Part shown: positions 36,031 to 50,098 of the stretch, one piece after another
How the letters are laid out: each line of letters starts with the position of its first letter
Position numbering within the stretch: the first letter of the stretch is position 1
Position numbers and translations under genes: made by a program
Notes under the pieces: model-generated
The model's database searches: none
Seen by the model: only the letters and a program-made list of their open reading frames with translations
What the model was told of the DNA's origin: nothing
NCBI RefSeq assembly: GCF_006345805.1
Contig: NC_043005.1
Location: 77,686,001-77,750,000 of the forward strand
Direction of reading: 5' to 3'
Length of the DNA: 64,000 nt
Source: Octopus sinensis
Taxonomy: Eukaryota

Positions 36031-36398
36031 TTTCAACTATGTGTGTATGTGTGTTATATTTATACATATGCATACCTGTGTATGTACAATCTATACATGT
36101 AAATACAAATGCGTTTGTGAGTGCATGAATGTGTCTGTGTGTGCCCGTATGTTTGTTTACATTTTTAGATCAATAAAATCATTTTATTGTAACATATATG
36201 CCTCTTTTTGTGTGTGTGTGCATGTGAGAAATTCATAAACATAATCTTTCCTTAGCGTATTCAGAGCAAAGCCTTTAAATATTATCCACCTTCTTTAGTG
36301 CCTCTCACTGTCACCCACTCCCATTTTGTCTTGTTTTACGCTTCATTGCCCACAGCGTGACCGACGGGAACATAATATGCGTTATATTATATTAAAAG

Positions 36399-36798
36399 AC
36401 TAGCAGTATCGCCCGGCGTTGCTCGGGTTTGTAAGGGAAATAACTAAATAAGCATTTTTAGAGAGTTATAGCCAAAAAATAGCAAAAAAAAAATGCATTA
36501 AAAATGGAAGAAAAAATATGATAAATTTTTTTTTAAATCGCTGACTCATCGTAGACATTTTTAGAGTTACTTCCCTTATATAATAGCGAAAAAATGCATC
36601 AAAATGGAAAAAATGATGGTAAATTATTTTTAAAATCGTAGACTCATCGTAGACGCGCGCTAATACCCAGAAGGGCTCGATATGAATCACGACTATAAGA
36701 TACCCGCTTTTGGTTACACTGCACCGCAAAATGTGGGAGTAGTTAGGAATCTAAATCGTAGGAGACAGACACACAACTTCACTTTTATATATAAAGAT
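36399..36798 (+). mobile_element. Non-autonomous Helitron/Helentron-like element
   Basis: Same 5' 33 bp as 20064 and 38175; ends cacaacttcacttttatatataaagat. Confidence 0.7.
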
Positions 36799-37186
36799 TA
36801 GAAGATATAGCTTTGAAGGTGCATGGCTTAGTGGTTAGCGTGTTCGGCTCACGATTGTAAGGTCGTCAGTTCGATTCCTGGAGTTGTGTTTTAGTTCTTA
36901 GGCAAAACATTTTATTTCACGTTGCTCCAGTCCGCTCAGCTAGCAAAAATTAGTTGTAACTCTAATTCAAAAAGCCATCCTAGTAACATTCGGTGTCGTG
37001 TTGAATCTACCTGAGAGCTGCGTTAAGGGTTCACGCGTCTGCAGGGTGCTCAGTCACTTACATGTTAATTTCACGAGCAGGATGTTCTGTCGGTCGGCTC
37101 AACTAGAACACTCGTTGTTGTACGGGTGCTCGCCTGGAATGCCTTGAGAAATTGTGAATAGCCTCATTTGGAAACCAGAAGGTGTA

Positions 37187-37244
<58 letters not shown>

Positions 37245-37713
37245 GTTTTTGTCACATTTTTTTCCCTTGTTTTTACCCCTCTGCAAAGGAATTTTATTTA
37301 ATTCCTTCGCAGAAAGGACTAGTTCGACGAGACGTGTTCTGTCCTCACCTTCGAAACACGCTGGAGTTGAACTAGGGACGGCTGATGAAGGGGATTTTTC
37401 CTTGTGTAGTTGTCTGGTACTCTGTTTTTTCGTTGTTAAAGGAATGGTCCGTTCCATGCTGTTTTTACGTTTTCGTTTCTCGTTGAGTTCTACGTCTATT
37501 TGTGGTGTCCTGTACACACGTATATATATTTATATATGCATGTATATATACATGTAGATGTAGGTACGTACATATATGTTTGTATGTATGCATATATTTT
37601 ATTTATTACACTATTGTATGACTGAGCGCCTTCGCGTCGATTCGATTCGTTTGGTTTCGTTTCGTTTCTTCTTCTTCTCTAAGCTGGTTTATATATATAT
37701 ATATATATATATA

Positions 37714-37748
<35 letters not shown>

Positions 37749-38174
37749 GAAAATGGAAACAAACCCTCCAGTTGTTATCTAAATCATTTATATCACCATA
37801 TCACCGACATATGTTTCAACAGATGCATTAAAATAAATCGGAGAAGAATAATGATATGAAAAAATGCATCTCTTATCTGGGAGGATATAAATAACACTGC
37901 TCATCAATAAGTCATTTTCAGATAAAAAAAAATTATCAACTTTTATTATATTCATTATATATATTGTTTCTGGTATAAATTAATATTACTAAGAAATATT
38001 ACAGGTCCCTGACGTATTAGAAAGAAGAAAAAAACTGCCAGTACGCCACATCAGATAGTTTGAGAAGCGCTGACATACGCCATTCAGCTGAAAAAGAAAT
38101 CTAAGAAACGTAATCTTTTACGGAAATTGCCGAAGAAATAATTCCAGTTTTCAAATATAAGCCCTTTATTATTT

Positions 38175-38567
38175 ACTAGCAGTATCGCCCGGCGTTGCTC
38201 GGGTTTGTTTCGACCCTTTAGAATTGGAATTTTTTAAAAGTAAAAATGTTGCATTATGTAGCTTGTTATTCTCTTTAAGTGAACATTTTTCTGGTTGAAA
38301 TACACCGAAAAATGGCGACACAGCAGTCAAAAAATCGTAAAATATAGGGATTATCATAGAAAAAAAGCACCTTTTTGATGTAAATAATTTTGGTGTTAAC
38401 ATGGTCCGATTTGAATTTTTTCTTCTACGGAATGAAGAGCAAGCCTTCTTCTATAATACTCTCAATTTTGGTCAACTTGCGCCGCAGGGTCTCGGAGGAG
38501 ATAGAGTTAGTAGAAGGCTACCAAACCTGCCATACACAGACAACTTCAGCTTTATATATATAATGAT
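38175..38567 (+). mobile_element. Non-autonomous Helitron/Helentron-like element
   Basis: 5' actagcagtatcgcccggcgttgctcggg; 3' gacaacttcagctttatatatataatgat. Confidence 0.7.
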
Positions 38568-39770
38568 TACATTGTATTTCAGATTACCTTTAAAAAAATC
38601 TAATTGCATTAATTTACCCAAGAATTTCATAGAAAAAGGGCGTAATGCTCTATTGAGAAAGTGAAACAACTTCACTTAGACTACATGAAATGAGTGTAAG
38701 GCAGGAAAACACATTAGAGGCCATGGCAAAATATCTCCAGTGTGTAGGCTCAACCATGGTTGACACATTTCCTCAATATTCCGTTGTTGATATAGGCGTG
38801 GCTGTGTGGTAAGAAGCTTGCTTCCTAACTACACGATTCAGGGTTCAGTCCCACTGCGCAGTACCTTGGGCAAGTGTCTTTTAATATAGCCCCGGGCCGA
38901 CCAAAGCCTTGTGGATGAATGTGGTAGACGGAAACTGGGAGAAGCCCGTTGTATGTATGTATGTATTTATGTATGTATGTATGTATGTATGCATGCATGC
39001 AATATATATATATATATCTTTTACTTGTTTCATCCATTTGACTGCGGCCATGCTGGGGCACCGCCTCGAAGGGTTTTTAGTCGAACAAATGGACACCAGG
39101 AGTTATTTTTTTAAAGCCAACTACTTATTCTATCTGTTCTCTTTGCCGAACCGCTACGTTATGTATGTCTTTGTGTCTGCAAAAGAGACCCACAGAATAA
39201 GTACTAGGCTGAAAAAAAAAAGTCCTGGGGTCGATTGGTTCGACTAAAACTCTTTAAGGCGGGTGCTTCGGCATGGCCACAGTCAAACGACTGAAACAGG
39301 TAAGAGAGTAAAAGAGTAAACAGAAAGAAAAAAGTTCTAGAAGTTACAAGAAAAGAAGGCCGAGGCAGAGGCAAAGTTGTGAAGGCGAACAGAGAAAATA
39401 ATACATATGTATTAGATGACAACATATGATTATGTTATTCATTAAAAAGCGGAACTTGTTTAATTAAAGCAAGCCTGGTTTTACATCTTTTCGAATGAGT
39501 CAAGACAGTCTGGATCTAAAGAAGAAAAAAATAATAAAAAATTGGGCAAAACTGCTTATGGCGCCCACAATAGGTGATGATGAAACGAAGAGGCATGATA
39601 TCACATGGTAAAAACTGGAATTTCCAGCGAAATACGTAAACAAATAATGAAGGTTGGAAATACTAAGAAAATGCACAGATGTTTGCTCTTTTTACAAGGT
39701 CTCATGGGAAAACTAGCGAACTGACAACATCAGTAACACGTCAGACAAAATGCTTAACGGTATTTCTTTC

Positions 39771-40625
39771 TGCGTAGGCGTATTTCGTCTGTCGTTACGT
39801 TGTGAGTTCAAATTCCGCCGAGGTCGACTTTGCCTTTCATCCTTTCGGGGTCGATAAATTAAGTACCAGTTACGCACTGGGGTCGATGTAATCGACTTAA
39901 TACCTATGTCTGTCCTTGTTTGTCCCCTCTATGTTTAGCCCCTTGTGGGTAATAAAGAAATAGGTATTTCTTTCTGCGTAGGCGTATTTCGTCTGTCGTT
40001 ACGTTGTGAGTTCAAATTCCGCCGAGGTCGACTTTGCCTTTTATCCTTTCGGGGTCGATAAATTAAGTACCAGTTACGCACTGGGGACGATGTAATCGAC
40101 TTAATACCTATGTCTGTCCTTGTTTGTCCTCTCTATGTTTAGCCCCTTGTGGGTAATAAAGAAATAGGTATTTCTTTCTGCGTAGGCGTATTTCGTCTGT
40201 CGTTACGTTGTGAGTTCAAATTCCGCCGAGGTCGATTTTGCCTTTCATCCTTTCGGGGTCGATAAATTAAGTACCAGTTACGCACTGGGGGCGATGTAAT
40301 CGACTTAATACCTATGTCTGTCTTTGTTTGTCCCTTCTTGTTTAGCCCCTTGTGGGTAATAAAGAAATAGGTATTTCTTTCTTAAGACGGTGAGCTGGCA
40401 GAAACGTTAGCACGCCGGGCGAAATGCGTAGGCGTATTTCGTCTGTCGTTACGTTGAGAGTTCAAATTCCGCCGAGGTCGGCTTTGCCTTTCATCCTTTC
40501 GGGGTCGATAAATTAAGTACCAGTTACGCACTGGGGACGATGTAATCGACTTAATACCTATGTCTGTCTTTGTTTGTCCCTTCTATGTTTAGCCCCTTGT
40601 GGGTAATAAAGAAATAGGCATTTCT
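39771..40625 (+). mobile_element. Tandem array of family-B SINEs: three 5'-truncated 204-bp units plus one full-length copy
   Basis: Units start at 39771, 39975 and 40179; the full head is at about 40385; every junction reads ggtatttctttc. Confidence 0.9.
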
Positions 40626-41049
40626 TTCGACTCTTTAAGTCGTGAGTTCAAATCTCGCTGAGGTTGACCTTGCGTATTATGCTTTCAGGGTTGATAAACT
40701 GAAATACGTACGGGTCTTTACAGATTTTAATTTTAAAATTAAGGGAAATTTTGCAAATTTGGTATAAAGGTGTAACTTTTCACTCTGAATCCAATTTTGT
40801 TACTCATTTATATGTTTTAGAAAAATGTTACAGAGGTTTAAAGTTTGATCATTTTTACCCACTCACAAAACAGGATTTAGATGCTAGCATTTTCTGCATG
40901 AGAGCTGTTTCACTAATTTAAAGCAAAAATATTACGACGACGGAGAATTAATTAACTAAATGAAAGCGAAATATTACGACCACGAAAGTTGTAATAAGTT
41001 TTGATATTTTAATGAATAAATTCTTGTGAAACGGCTGGAAAGGTATATA

Positions 41050-41463
41050 CTCTTACTCTTTACTCTTTTACTTGTTTCAGTCATTTGACTGCGGCCATGC
41101 TGGAGCACCGCCTTTAGTCGAGCAAATCGACCCCGGGACTTATTCTTTGTAAGCCCAGTACTTATTCTATCGGTCTCTTTTGCCGAACCGCTAAGTGACG
41201 GGGACGTAAATATACCAGCCAGCATCGGTTGTCAAGCAATGTTAGGGGGACAAACACAGACACACAAACACATACACACACTTACATATATATATATATA
41301 CATATATACGACAGGCTTCTTTCAGTTTCCGTCTACCAAATCCACTCACAAGGCATTGGTCGGCCCGGGGCTATAGCAGAAGACACTTGCCCAAGATGCC
41401 ACGCAGTGGGACTGAACCCGGAACCATGTGTTTGGTTAGCACACAGCCACAGCCACTCCTGCG
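41050..41463 (-). mobile_element. SINE family A, young subfamily
   Basis: Both halves, high identity to the other copies. Confidence 0.9.
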
Positions 41464-41759
41464 CCTATAAATATTTATTTTTTAAAAAAAACCTTCAATG
41501 TAATTTGTTTGTGAAAATTTACACCTTTTATATTAGTGTTCAGGGAACAGGTTAGGATTAAGGTTTGGGTTAAGGCTATGGTTTAGGGTTTAGGGTTAAG
41601 TAAAAAAACTTACTTAGGCTAAAAATCACACGCGTTATGGGGGGTTAGGTTCAGGCAGAAGACTACAAGTTCACTTGTATGTAAGTCTTAATGAATTTTA
41701 AAGAATGAAGTCATGTGAAACGGTCAATCAGGCATGTAAATGATTTAAAAAGAAAATGC

Positions 41760-42003
41760 GGATCTTTTCACTTTGACCGGTAGATTTAAAAAATAACTTT
41801 TTGTAACTAAACACTTTTAAACTCCGTTGAAATTGCCGAAATAAGAGAAATTTAACAAATAGCTTACAAACTACAGAATTTTCTTAAGAACGCCAAGAGA
41901 AAAAGATGTTTTATGTGACACATTCTGCCTGTATACGAAGTTTTAAAGTGTTTAGTTACAAAAAATTACTTTTTTAAATCTGCCGGTCAAAGTGAAAAGA
42001 TCT
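41760..42003. mobile_element. MITE (GGATC terminus, TIR of about 60 bp, 8-bp TSD gaaaatgc)
   Basis: TSD at 41752-41759 and 42004-42011; the paralogous empty site at about 46370 reads aagaaaatgtacctgtagag. Confidence 0.85.
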
Positions 42004-42219
42004 GAAAATGCACCTGTAGAGAAAATACACATTACGGTGGTTTAAACAGACAACTTCGCTTGTTACTATGGACACAGGCACCAATGTGTCTGTGAGTTTT
42101 GATTAATTAAAATCACCTCCAAAATTTGCAAACTTTAAAAGCTATTAACTTTTTATTTATTAATTTATAGAAAAAATGAATTTCATTTTCATAATTAACA
42201 TACAAAACTAAATCAGTAC

Positions 42220-42892
42220 GGTACTACTTGAGAACAGTGGTCCCGGTGCGTGCACTCGCGTACTCACGCATCCGCGCTAGCTAGTCATGACTAGTCGATC
42301 CTTACTTTGTGTTTTTGTGTTATTTACTTTGTTTAAAAAATTATTTACTTTACTCTTTTACTTGTTTCAGTCATTTGACTGCGGCCATGCTGGAGCACCG
42401 CCTTTAGTCGAGCAAATCGACCCCGGAACTTATTCTTTGTAAGCCCAGTACTTATTCTATCAGTCTCTTTTGTCGAACCGCTAAGTGACGGGGACGTAAA
42501 CAACCAGCATCGGTTGTCAAGCAATGCTAGGGGGACAAACACAGACAACAAACATATACACACACATACATATATATATACATATATACGACGGGCTTCT
42601 TTCAGTTTCCGTCTACCAAATCCACTCACAAGGCTTTGGTCGGCCCGAGGCTATAGTAGAAGACACTTGCCCAAGGTGCCACGCAGTGGAAATGAACACG
42701 GAACCATGTGGTTGGTAAACAAGCTACTTACCACACAGCCACTCCTGCACTTTGTGTTAAAAAAAAAGATTTATTTTGTGTTTTATTTACTTTGCTACGT
42801 AGTCGTTGTAGGATCAACTAGTCACGACTAGCTAGCGCGGATGCGCGAGTACGCGAGTGCGCGCACCGGGACCACTGTTCTCAAGTAGTACC
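42220..42892. mobile_element. MITE family M1 with a family-A SINE (about 42350-42749, minus) inside
   Basis: ggtactacttgagaacagtggtcc / ggaccactgttctcaagtagtacc TIRs; flanking duplication ctaaatca(gtac); empty paralogous site at about 46575. Confidence 0.85.
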
Positions 42893-43485
42893 CTAAATCA
42901 GTACTCCAAATTTGTAAAACAATGGGAACGAAATTAATAATAGAAAACTTTGAGAACAACAGAACAGACCCTAAAGTAGTAGTTAGCACTGGTGTCAATG
43001 CAATCGACTTGTTCCCTTCTCTCTAAATTACTGGCCTACAACGAACCTGCAACCCTATTCGGCGTGTTGTGATTTCGGTCACTTTTACGTCATTGAAACT
43101 AGGAAACAACGCCTTATGAATTTTAGAGCTCAAAAATAGAAGAAAAAAAGTTCTGGAAGTTACAAGAAAAGAAGGCCGAGCCTAGGCAAAGTTGTGAAGG
43201 CGAACAGAGAAAGCAATACTATGTATTAGATGACAACATATGATTAGTTTATTCATTAAAAAGCGGAACTTGTTTAATTAAAAGCAAGCCTGGTTTTACA
43301 TCTTTTCGAATGAGTCAAGATAGTGTGAAAAAGAAAATAGATAATTTGAATCGTGCGATACTGCTTATAACGCCCCACAAAAAATGCTGAAACGAAGAAA
43401 CATGATACATGATGGAAACTGGAATTCCCAGTGAAATATGTAAACAAATAATGAATGTTGGTAAAAATTTTTTAGAACAATGTTA

Positions 43486-43900
43486 CAGGCGCAGGAGTGG
43501 CTGTGTGGTAAGTAGCTTGCTAACCAACCACATGGTTCCGGGTTCAGTCCCACTGCGTGGCATCTTGGGCAAGTGTCTTCTGCTATAGCCCCGGGCCGAC
43601 CAATGCCTTGTGAGTGGATTTGGTAGACGGAAACTGAAAGAAGCCTGTCGTATATATGTATGTATATATATATATATGTAAGTGTGTGTCTGTGTTTGTC
43701 CCCCTAGCATTGCTTGACAACCGATGCTGGTGTGTTTACGTCCACGTCACTTAGCGGTTCGGCAAAAGAGACCGATAGAATAAGTACTAGGCTTACAAAG
43801 AATAAGTCCCTGGGTCGATTTGCTCGACTAAAGGCGGTGCTCCAGCATGGCCGAAGTCAAAATGACTGAAACAAGTAAAAAAGAGAAAAAGAGAAAGAGG
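43486..43900 (+). mobile_element. SINE family A, young subfamily
   Basis: Both halves, high identity to the other copies. Confidence 0.9.
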
Positions 43901-44129
43901 TTTAGAGTTTGCTTATTTTTACCCACTCACAAAACAGGATTTAGAAGCTAGCTGTTTCAACTAATTTAAAGCCCTTTACGGCGGATGCTTCGGCATGGCC
44001 GCAGTCAATCGCTAAAACAAGTAAGAGAGTAAAAGAGTAAACAGAAAAAAAAAGAAAAATTCTAAAGGCAGAGGCACAGTTGTGAAGGCGAAGTGAGAAA
44101 TGTATTAGATGACAATATATTAGTTATAT

Positions 44130-44541
44130 GGCAATCTTTCGTCTCTAGTAGACCTTTCCGTCGATTTCCGTAAAAAACTTCTTTTTTTTTTACATATGGA
44201 CTTGCGGGAACTTTTGAAGTAATGAGAGCGAAAGAGACTAAGAGAAAGCGATTGTATGACGAGGGAAGTTCTTTTGAAGTTACCGTGCATGGCAAGCATT
44301 GTGTGTGTGTGTTTGATGGGGTGTGGGAGACAGACAGTATGTTGTGTAAGTAAAGTGCTTCTGTTAGTGTGTGTGAAGAGACAGAGTAATGTGTGAAAGA
44401 AAGAGATAACTGAAATTTTTTACTCGGTGTATGTGTATATGTATGTATATTACTTCAAAAGTTCCCGCAAGCCCATATGTAAAAAAAAAATATTTTTTTA
44501 CGGAAATCGACGGAAAGGTCTACTAGAGACAAAAGATCGCC
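44130..44541. mobile_element. MITE family M2 (GGC(A/G)ATC termini, TIR of about 85 bp, 8-bp TSD)
   Basis: TSD agttatat/agttattt; a near-identical copy is at 57910-58349; empty paralogous sites at about 39430 and 43250. Confidence 0.85.
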
Positions 44542-44794
44542 AGTTATTTATTAAAAAGAGGAGCTTGTTTAATTAAAGCAAGCCTGGTTGAGTGAGTCAA
44601 GCAGAGGCCTGGCCCACTCAAATTACATTACCGGCCACTTTAATAAAATATAGTTTTTTGAGTGCCACTTGTATACTGACACAATCGAAAGCATGCTATT
44701 ATTATTCTAGTAATAACATGCTTTCTCATGCTATTACTACAACAATAATGAATAAATGATCGTAGATTTAACATGAAATATTATCGTTGTATTC

Positions 44795-44995
44795 TCTCTT
44801 TTTACTTGTTTCAGTCATTTGACTGCGGCCATGCTGGAGCACCGCCTTTAGTCGAGCAAATCGACCCCGGGACTTATTCTTTGTAAGCCCAGTACTTATT
44901 CTATCGGGGACTTTTGCCGAACCGCTAAGTGACGGGGACGTAAACACACCAGCATCGGTTGTCAAGCAATGCTAGGGGGACAAACACAGACACAC

Positions 44996-45078
<83 letters not shown>

Positions 45079-45241
45079 CATATATACGACAGGCTTCTTT
45101 CAGTTTCCGTCTACCAAATCCACTCACAAGGCTTTGGTCGGCTCGGGGCTATAGCAGAAGACACTTGCCCAAGATGCCACGCAGTGGGACTGAACCCGGA
45201 ACTATGTGGCTGGTTAGCAAGCTACTTACCACACAGCCACT
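44795..45241 (-). mobile_element. SINE family A, young subfamily
   Basis: Both halves plus (CA)n(TA)n. Confidence 0.9.
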
Positions 45242-45302
45242 CTTTTTATTACCATCTTTAATTTGTGATGAAATTTTTGTTTGTTTAAATAAACCCATTT
45301 CA

Positions 45303-45570
45303 GGTACTACTTAGGAAGAGTAGTCCCGGTGCGCGCACTCGCGTAGTCGCGCATCTGCGCTAGCTAGTCGTGACTAGTCGATCCTACAATGACTACCTAG
45401 CAAAGTAAATAAAACACAAAATAAATATTTTTGTATACAAAGTAAATAATCTTTTTTAAACAAAGTAAATAAAACATAAAAACACAAAGGATCGACTAGT
45501 CACGACTAGCTAGCGCGGATGCGCGAGTACGCAAGTGCGCGCACCGGGACCACTCTTCTTAAGTAGTACC
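45303..45570. mobile_element. MITE family M1
   Basis: GGTAC...GTACC termini; 9-bp TSD cccatttca/cccatttga. Confidence 0.85.
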
Positions 45571-45812
45571 CCCATTTGAAGAAAGTATCAAACGGGACGC
45601 AAGCCAGTCTACATAAAATAAAAGGAAAACAACTTTAAAATTGTCGATACTGCTTATAGCGCTCCACAAAAGAAAATGATGAAATATGGTAAAAACTGGA
45701 ATTTCCAGCGAAATATATATAAGCAAATAATGAATGTTGGAAATTCTAAGAAAATGCACAAAAGTTTGACATGCCGGCTCTTGCTTCAGTATCATATCGG
45801 AGACCTGGCAAC

Positions 45813-45847
<35 letters not shown>

Positions 45848-48069
45848 TTATATATGTGTGTGTGTGTGTATGTCTGTGTTTGTCCCCCTCCCCAACATCA
45901 CCTGACAACCTATGCTGGTGTGCATACGTCTCGGTAACTTAGTGGCTCGGCAAAACAGACTGATAGAATAAGTACTAAGCTTACAAAGAATAAGTCCTGG
46001 GGTCGATTTGCTCGACTAAAGGCGGTGCTCCAGCATGGCCGCAGTCAAATGACTGAAACAAGTAAAAGTACTTTATTTGCGAAAATTTACACACACCCCC
46101 TGTACATTGATGTTCAGGGTAGAGGTAAAGGTTAGTATTAAAGTTTGGGTTTAGGGTTAAGGGTTAGTTTCTGGGTCAGGGCTAAGGCTAGGGTTTATTG
46201 TTATAGTTAAGGTTTAGGTTTAGAGTTTGACTCGTCGTCAAAAAACTTACATAAGCTAAAACACACGCGTGGTTCAGGCAGCAGACTACAAGTTCACTTG
46301 TAAGTCTTAATGAATTTTAAAGAATGAAGTCATGTGAAACGGTTGATCAAGTATGTAAACGATTTAAAAAGAAAATGTACCTGTAGAGAAAATACACACG
46401 ACGGTGGTTTAAACAGACTACAACTTCGCTTGTTACTATGGATACAGGCACTAAAGTGTCTGTGAGTTTTGATTAACTAAAATTACCCAAAATTTGCAAA
46501 CTTTAAAAGCTATTAACTATTTATTTATTGATTTACAGCAAAAATGAATTTCATTTTCATAATTAGCATACAAAACTAAATCAGTTCACCAAATTTGTAA
46601 AACAATGGGAACGAAATTTTAAAAAAATCAAGAAAACCTCGACAGCAACAGAAAAGACCTAGGTGTTGATGTAATCGATTTGCCCCTTCCCTCAAAATTA
46701 CTGGCCTACTATAGACTGGCCTCACTTTTCAGGGTCAGTGTTGTGATTTCGGTCACTTTTACATCATGGAAACCAGAAAACAAGGGATTTTTTTTCCTTT
46801 GAACGGCAGTTTTCAACACAATTTCTAGTTAACTAAACACTTTTAAACTTCGTATACTGGTAGAATTTGTCAAAATAAAACATTTTTTTCTCTTGGCTTT
46901 CTTGAGAAAATTGTAATTTGTAAGTTTAACGTAGTTTAATTTTTCGAATTTTAACCAGTCGATTGCCTCTATTTAGCTAAAATCATTTGCTGCATCTAAA
47001 ACTGAGACAACATCCTGTCACTAACCCTTACCTTCACCCTAACCCTAAATTTTAGCCTTTCGTCTTTTTTCTTAATTGTTAAATTAATTGAATTGTTACG
47101 CGTGTGTCTAAAATTATTCGTTTTGTTTTTGTTTTGAGTTTTAGCCTTTCGTTTTTTTTTTCTTAATTGTTAAATTAATTTAAGGATAACAATTAAGAAA
47201 AAAAAACGAAAGGCTAAAATGAAAGCAATGGAAAATAATTTTAATTTAACAATTAAGAAAAAAAAACGAAAGCAAAAACTCAAAACAAAACGAATAATTT
47301 TAGACACACGTGTAACAATTTAAATAATTCTATAATTTTATACACACGCTATACACACGCTTTCCGTATATTCTGAATAAATAGCTGTTTACGTAAACGT
47401 AAGTGACAGGATGTTGTCTCAGTTTTAGACGGAGCAAATGATTTTAGCTCAATAGAGGCAATCGACTGGTTAAAATTCGAAAAATTAAACTACATTAAAC
47501 AAACAAATTACAATTTTCTCAAGAAAGCCAAAACAAAAAAATGGGATCTTTTCCTTTGAACGGCACTTTGTAACATAATTTCTAGGTAACTAAAAAGTTT
47601 TAAACTTCGTATACTGGTAGAATGTGTTTATAAAACATCATTTTCTCTTGGCTTTATTAAGAAAATTCTATAGTTTGTAAGATATTTCGTCTTTAATTTC
47701 GAGCATTTCGGCAATTTTAACCAATCGCTGACGTCCATTTAGGTAAATAACATTCTGTGCATAATGAATATGTCCCTCCTTTAAGAAACAGATTAGGTTT
47801 ATTTACATTTGTGAAGAAAAAAGATACCCTTCCCCAACCCCTAACCCTAAATCTAAAATAGATTGAAATGCAATAGATCGATACTAGGGCCATAATTATG
47901 GGTGACATTTTCATTTGACACCGCTAAAAAAAAAATCCCATTTTCCGTAGCGGTGTCGTATGAAATTGTCACACATAATTATAACCTTAGTATCGATCTA
48001 TTGCATTTCAATCTATCTTCTTAACTAGTATTAACTATTGTCACCTTGCAGCTTACATAACCGTCGTTT

Positions 48070-49340
48070 TTATAAACCGCTCCAACTGTGACCGCCATTC
48101 TTTTCAAAGCCTTACAACTGTGGCTATGAACACTTTTAAAAGTTTTATAAATGTAATCATACGTTTTTTAAAAAGCGCTTTAAATGTGACCATGTCGACT
48201 TTTTTAAAAGGCGGCTCCAACTATGACCATCCACTCTTTTTACAAACTTACAACTGACAATGCTATCTTCTAAAAAAAAGCGCCCCAACAGTGACCATCC
48301 ATTAAAAAAATATTATAACCATAACTAAACTTTATTATTTAAACGCAGTCCATCTATGACCGTCCACACTTTTTAAAACCCGATAACCGTAACAATAAAG
48401 TCTGGCTATGTTTGGAATGTGAGATGGTTGGTTATAGTTAGAATGATGTTAAAAAAATATCCAGGTGAGATCAGTTGGTATACTTTAAAACGAATGGATG
48501 GTCACAGATGGACCACTTTTTAAAAACTCTGACCATACACTTTTTAAAATCTTATGACTGTGTGCACGTATCTTTAAACGTGAGGATATGAATGCCGAGA
48601 GGGTGTCTAGCGCCAACTACATAACGCAACTACATAAAAATCGAATGTGTATTCGTGCGATATACTACTTGCTATGCAGTCATGCGTGACGAGTGTTGTA
48701 TTTTTAATACAACATTATAAGCAACAAATAAACTGATAATGCCATGTTTTTTTAATAGCGCTCCAACTGTGTCTATCCGCTCTAAAACCTCGTAGCCGTA
48801 ACAATAAAGTATTTTTTAAAAGCGCTCCAACTCTGATTTCCACAGTTTTTGAAAGCTTATAATCGTGACTACCGTTTCTACAAAAGGCAATCCAACTATG
48901 CCCACCAACTCATTTAAATGTCCTTTAAAAGAGACCACACCGTCCTTTTTAAACGCTCTCCTACTGTGACCATATTGTCTCCTGTAAAAGGCGCCCCAAC
49001 AATGACCATCAACTCTTAAAACCTGTAATGGTTGAAGTTTCGTTTCGTCTTTCAAAAGACGCTCTATATGTGACCATCCACTCCTTTTAAGAACTTACAA
49101 CTAACAAATGGCATCCACACTTATTGAAATCTTATAACCGTTACCGTCCGTCTTAACACTTCTGTCTCTTTTAAACGCGCTCCAATTGTGACTGTCTCCT
49201 CGTATTCAAGCATTATAATAGTGTCTATACCGTTTTTAAAACTTTATAACTGAGAAAATAATACTTGTTTTTAAAAAGTGGTCCAACTGTGACCATCCAT
49301 TCTTTTTAAAGCATACCAACTGATCACCTGGATATTTTTT
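48070..49340 (+). repeat. Degenerate minisatellite array (core gcgctccaactgtgaccatcca), interrupted at about 48400-48790
   Basis: The core motif recurs every 40-100 bp, alternating with ccttataaccgtaacaat-like motifs. Confidence 0.85.
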
Positions 49341-49456
49341 TACAGCTTTGTAACCATGACCATCTCGCATTCCAAACATAGCCATCTCGTCTTTTTTAAA
49401 CCAAACACACACACACACACACGCACACGCACACGCACACACACACACACACACGC

Positions 49457-49487
<31 letters not shown>

Positions 49488-49970
49488 GTCCCGTTTTTTT
49501 CTCCTTTTGTTAATTATAAGGTAATATATAGTCGAGAGTATACTTTACCTTTAAAGTAAAGATGGCATGGCATGGATGGAATACTTTTGATCATAAGTCT
49601 CAGTTGGATTCAAAACCAACCTGTCTATAAATTATAGGCTTAACTACACAACTGCAAATCCCCATCGCGATTTTCGTTTATTTATTTTTTTAAAAATTTC
49701 ACTTGTATCAGTCATTGGACTGCGGTCATGCTGGAGTCCTGCCCTGAAGGGTTTTAACTGAATGAAGCAACTCCGATAAGTGTGGGTTTTTTTTTTTTTT
49801 TCGTATTTTTTCTCTTAAGTTTGGTGCTTAATCTATCGGTAAGTCTTTGCCGAACCGCTAAGTTACAGGTGACGTAAACAGACCAGCACTAGTTGTCAAG
49901 CGGTGTTGGCGGGCAAACACGCATATATATACATATATATATATATATAGTGTGTGTGTGTATATATATA

Positions 49971-50098
<128 letters not shown>

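Noticed and set aside
37370-37420. Hammerhead at ctgatgaaggggatttttcctt
   Set aside because: It has the CUGAUGA half and a stem, but no GAAA follows; the same is true of the sister copy near 13915.
8988-45261. Recurrent ORFs beginning MSSNARGTNTD / MLGGQTQT / MSGFGRRKLKEA as a gene family
   Set aside because: They are translations of SINE family A copies across their (TA)n/(TG)n core.
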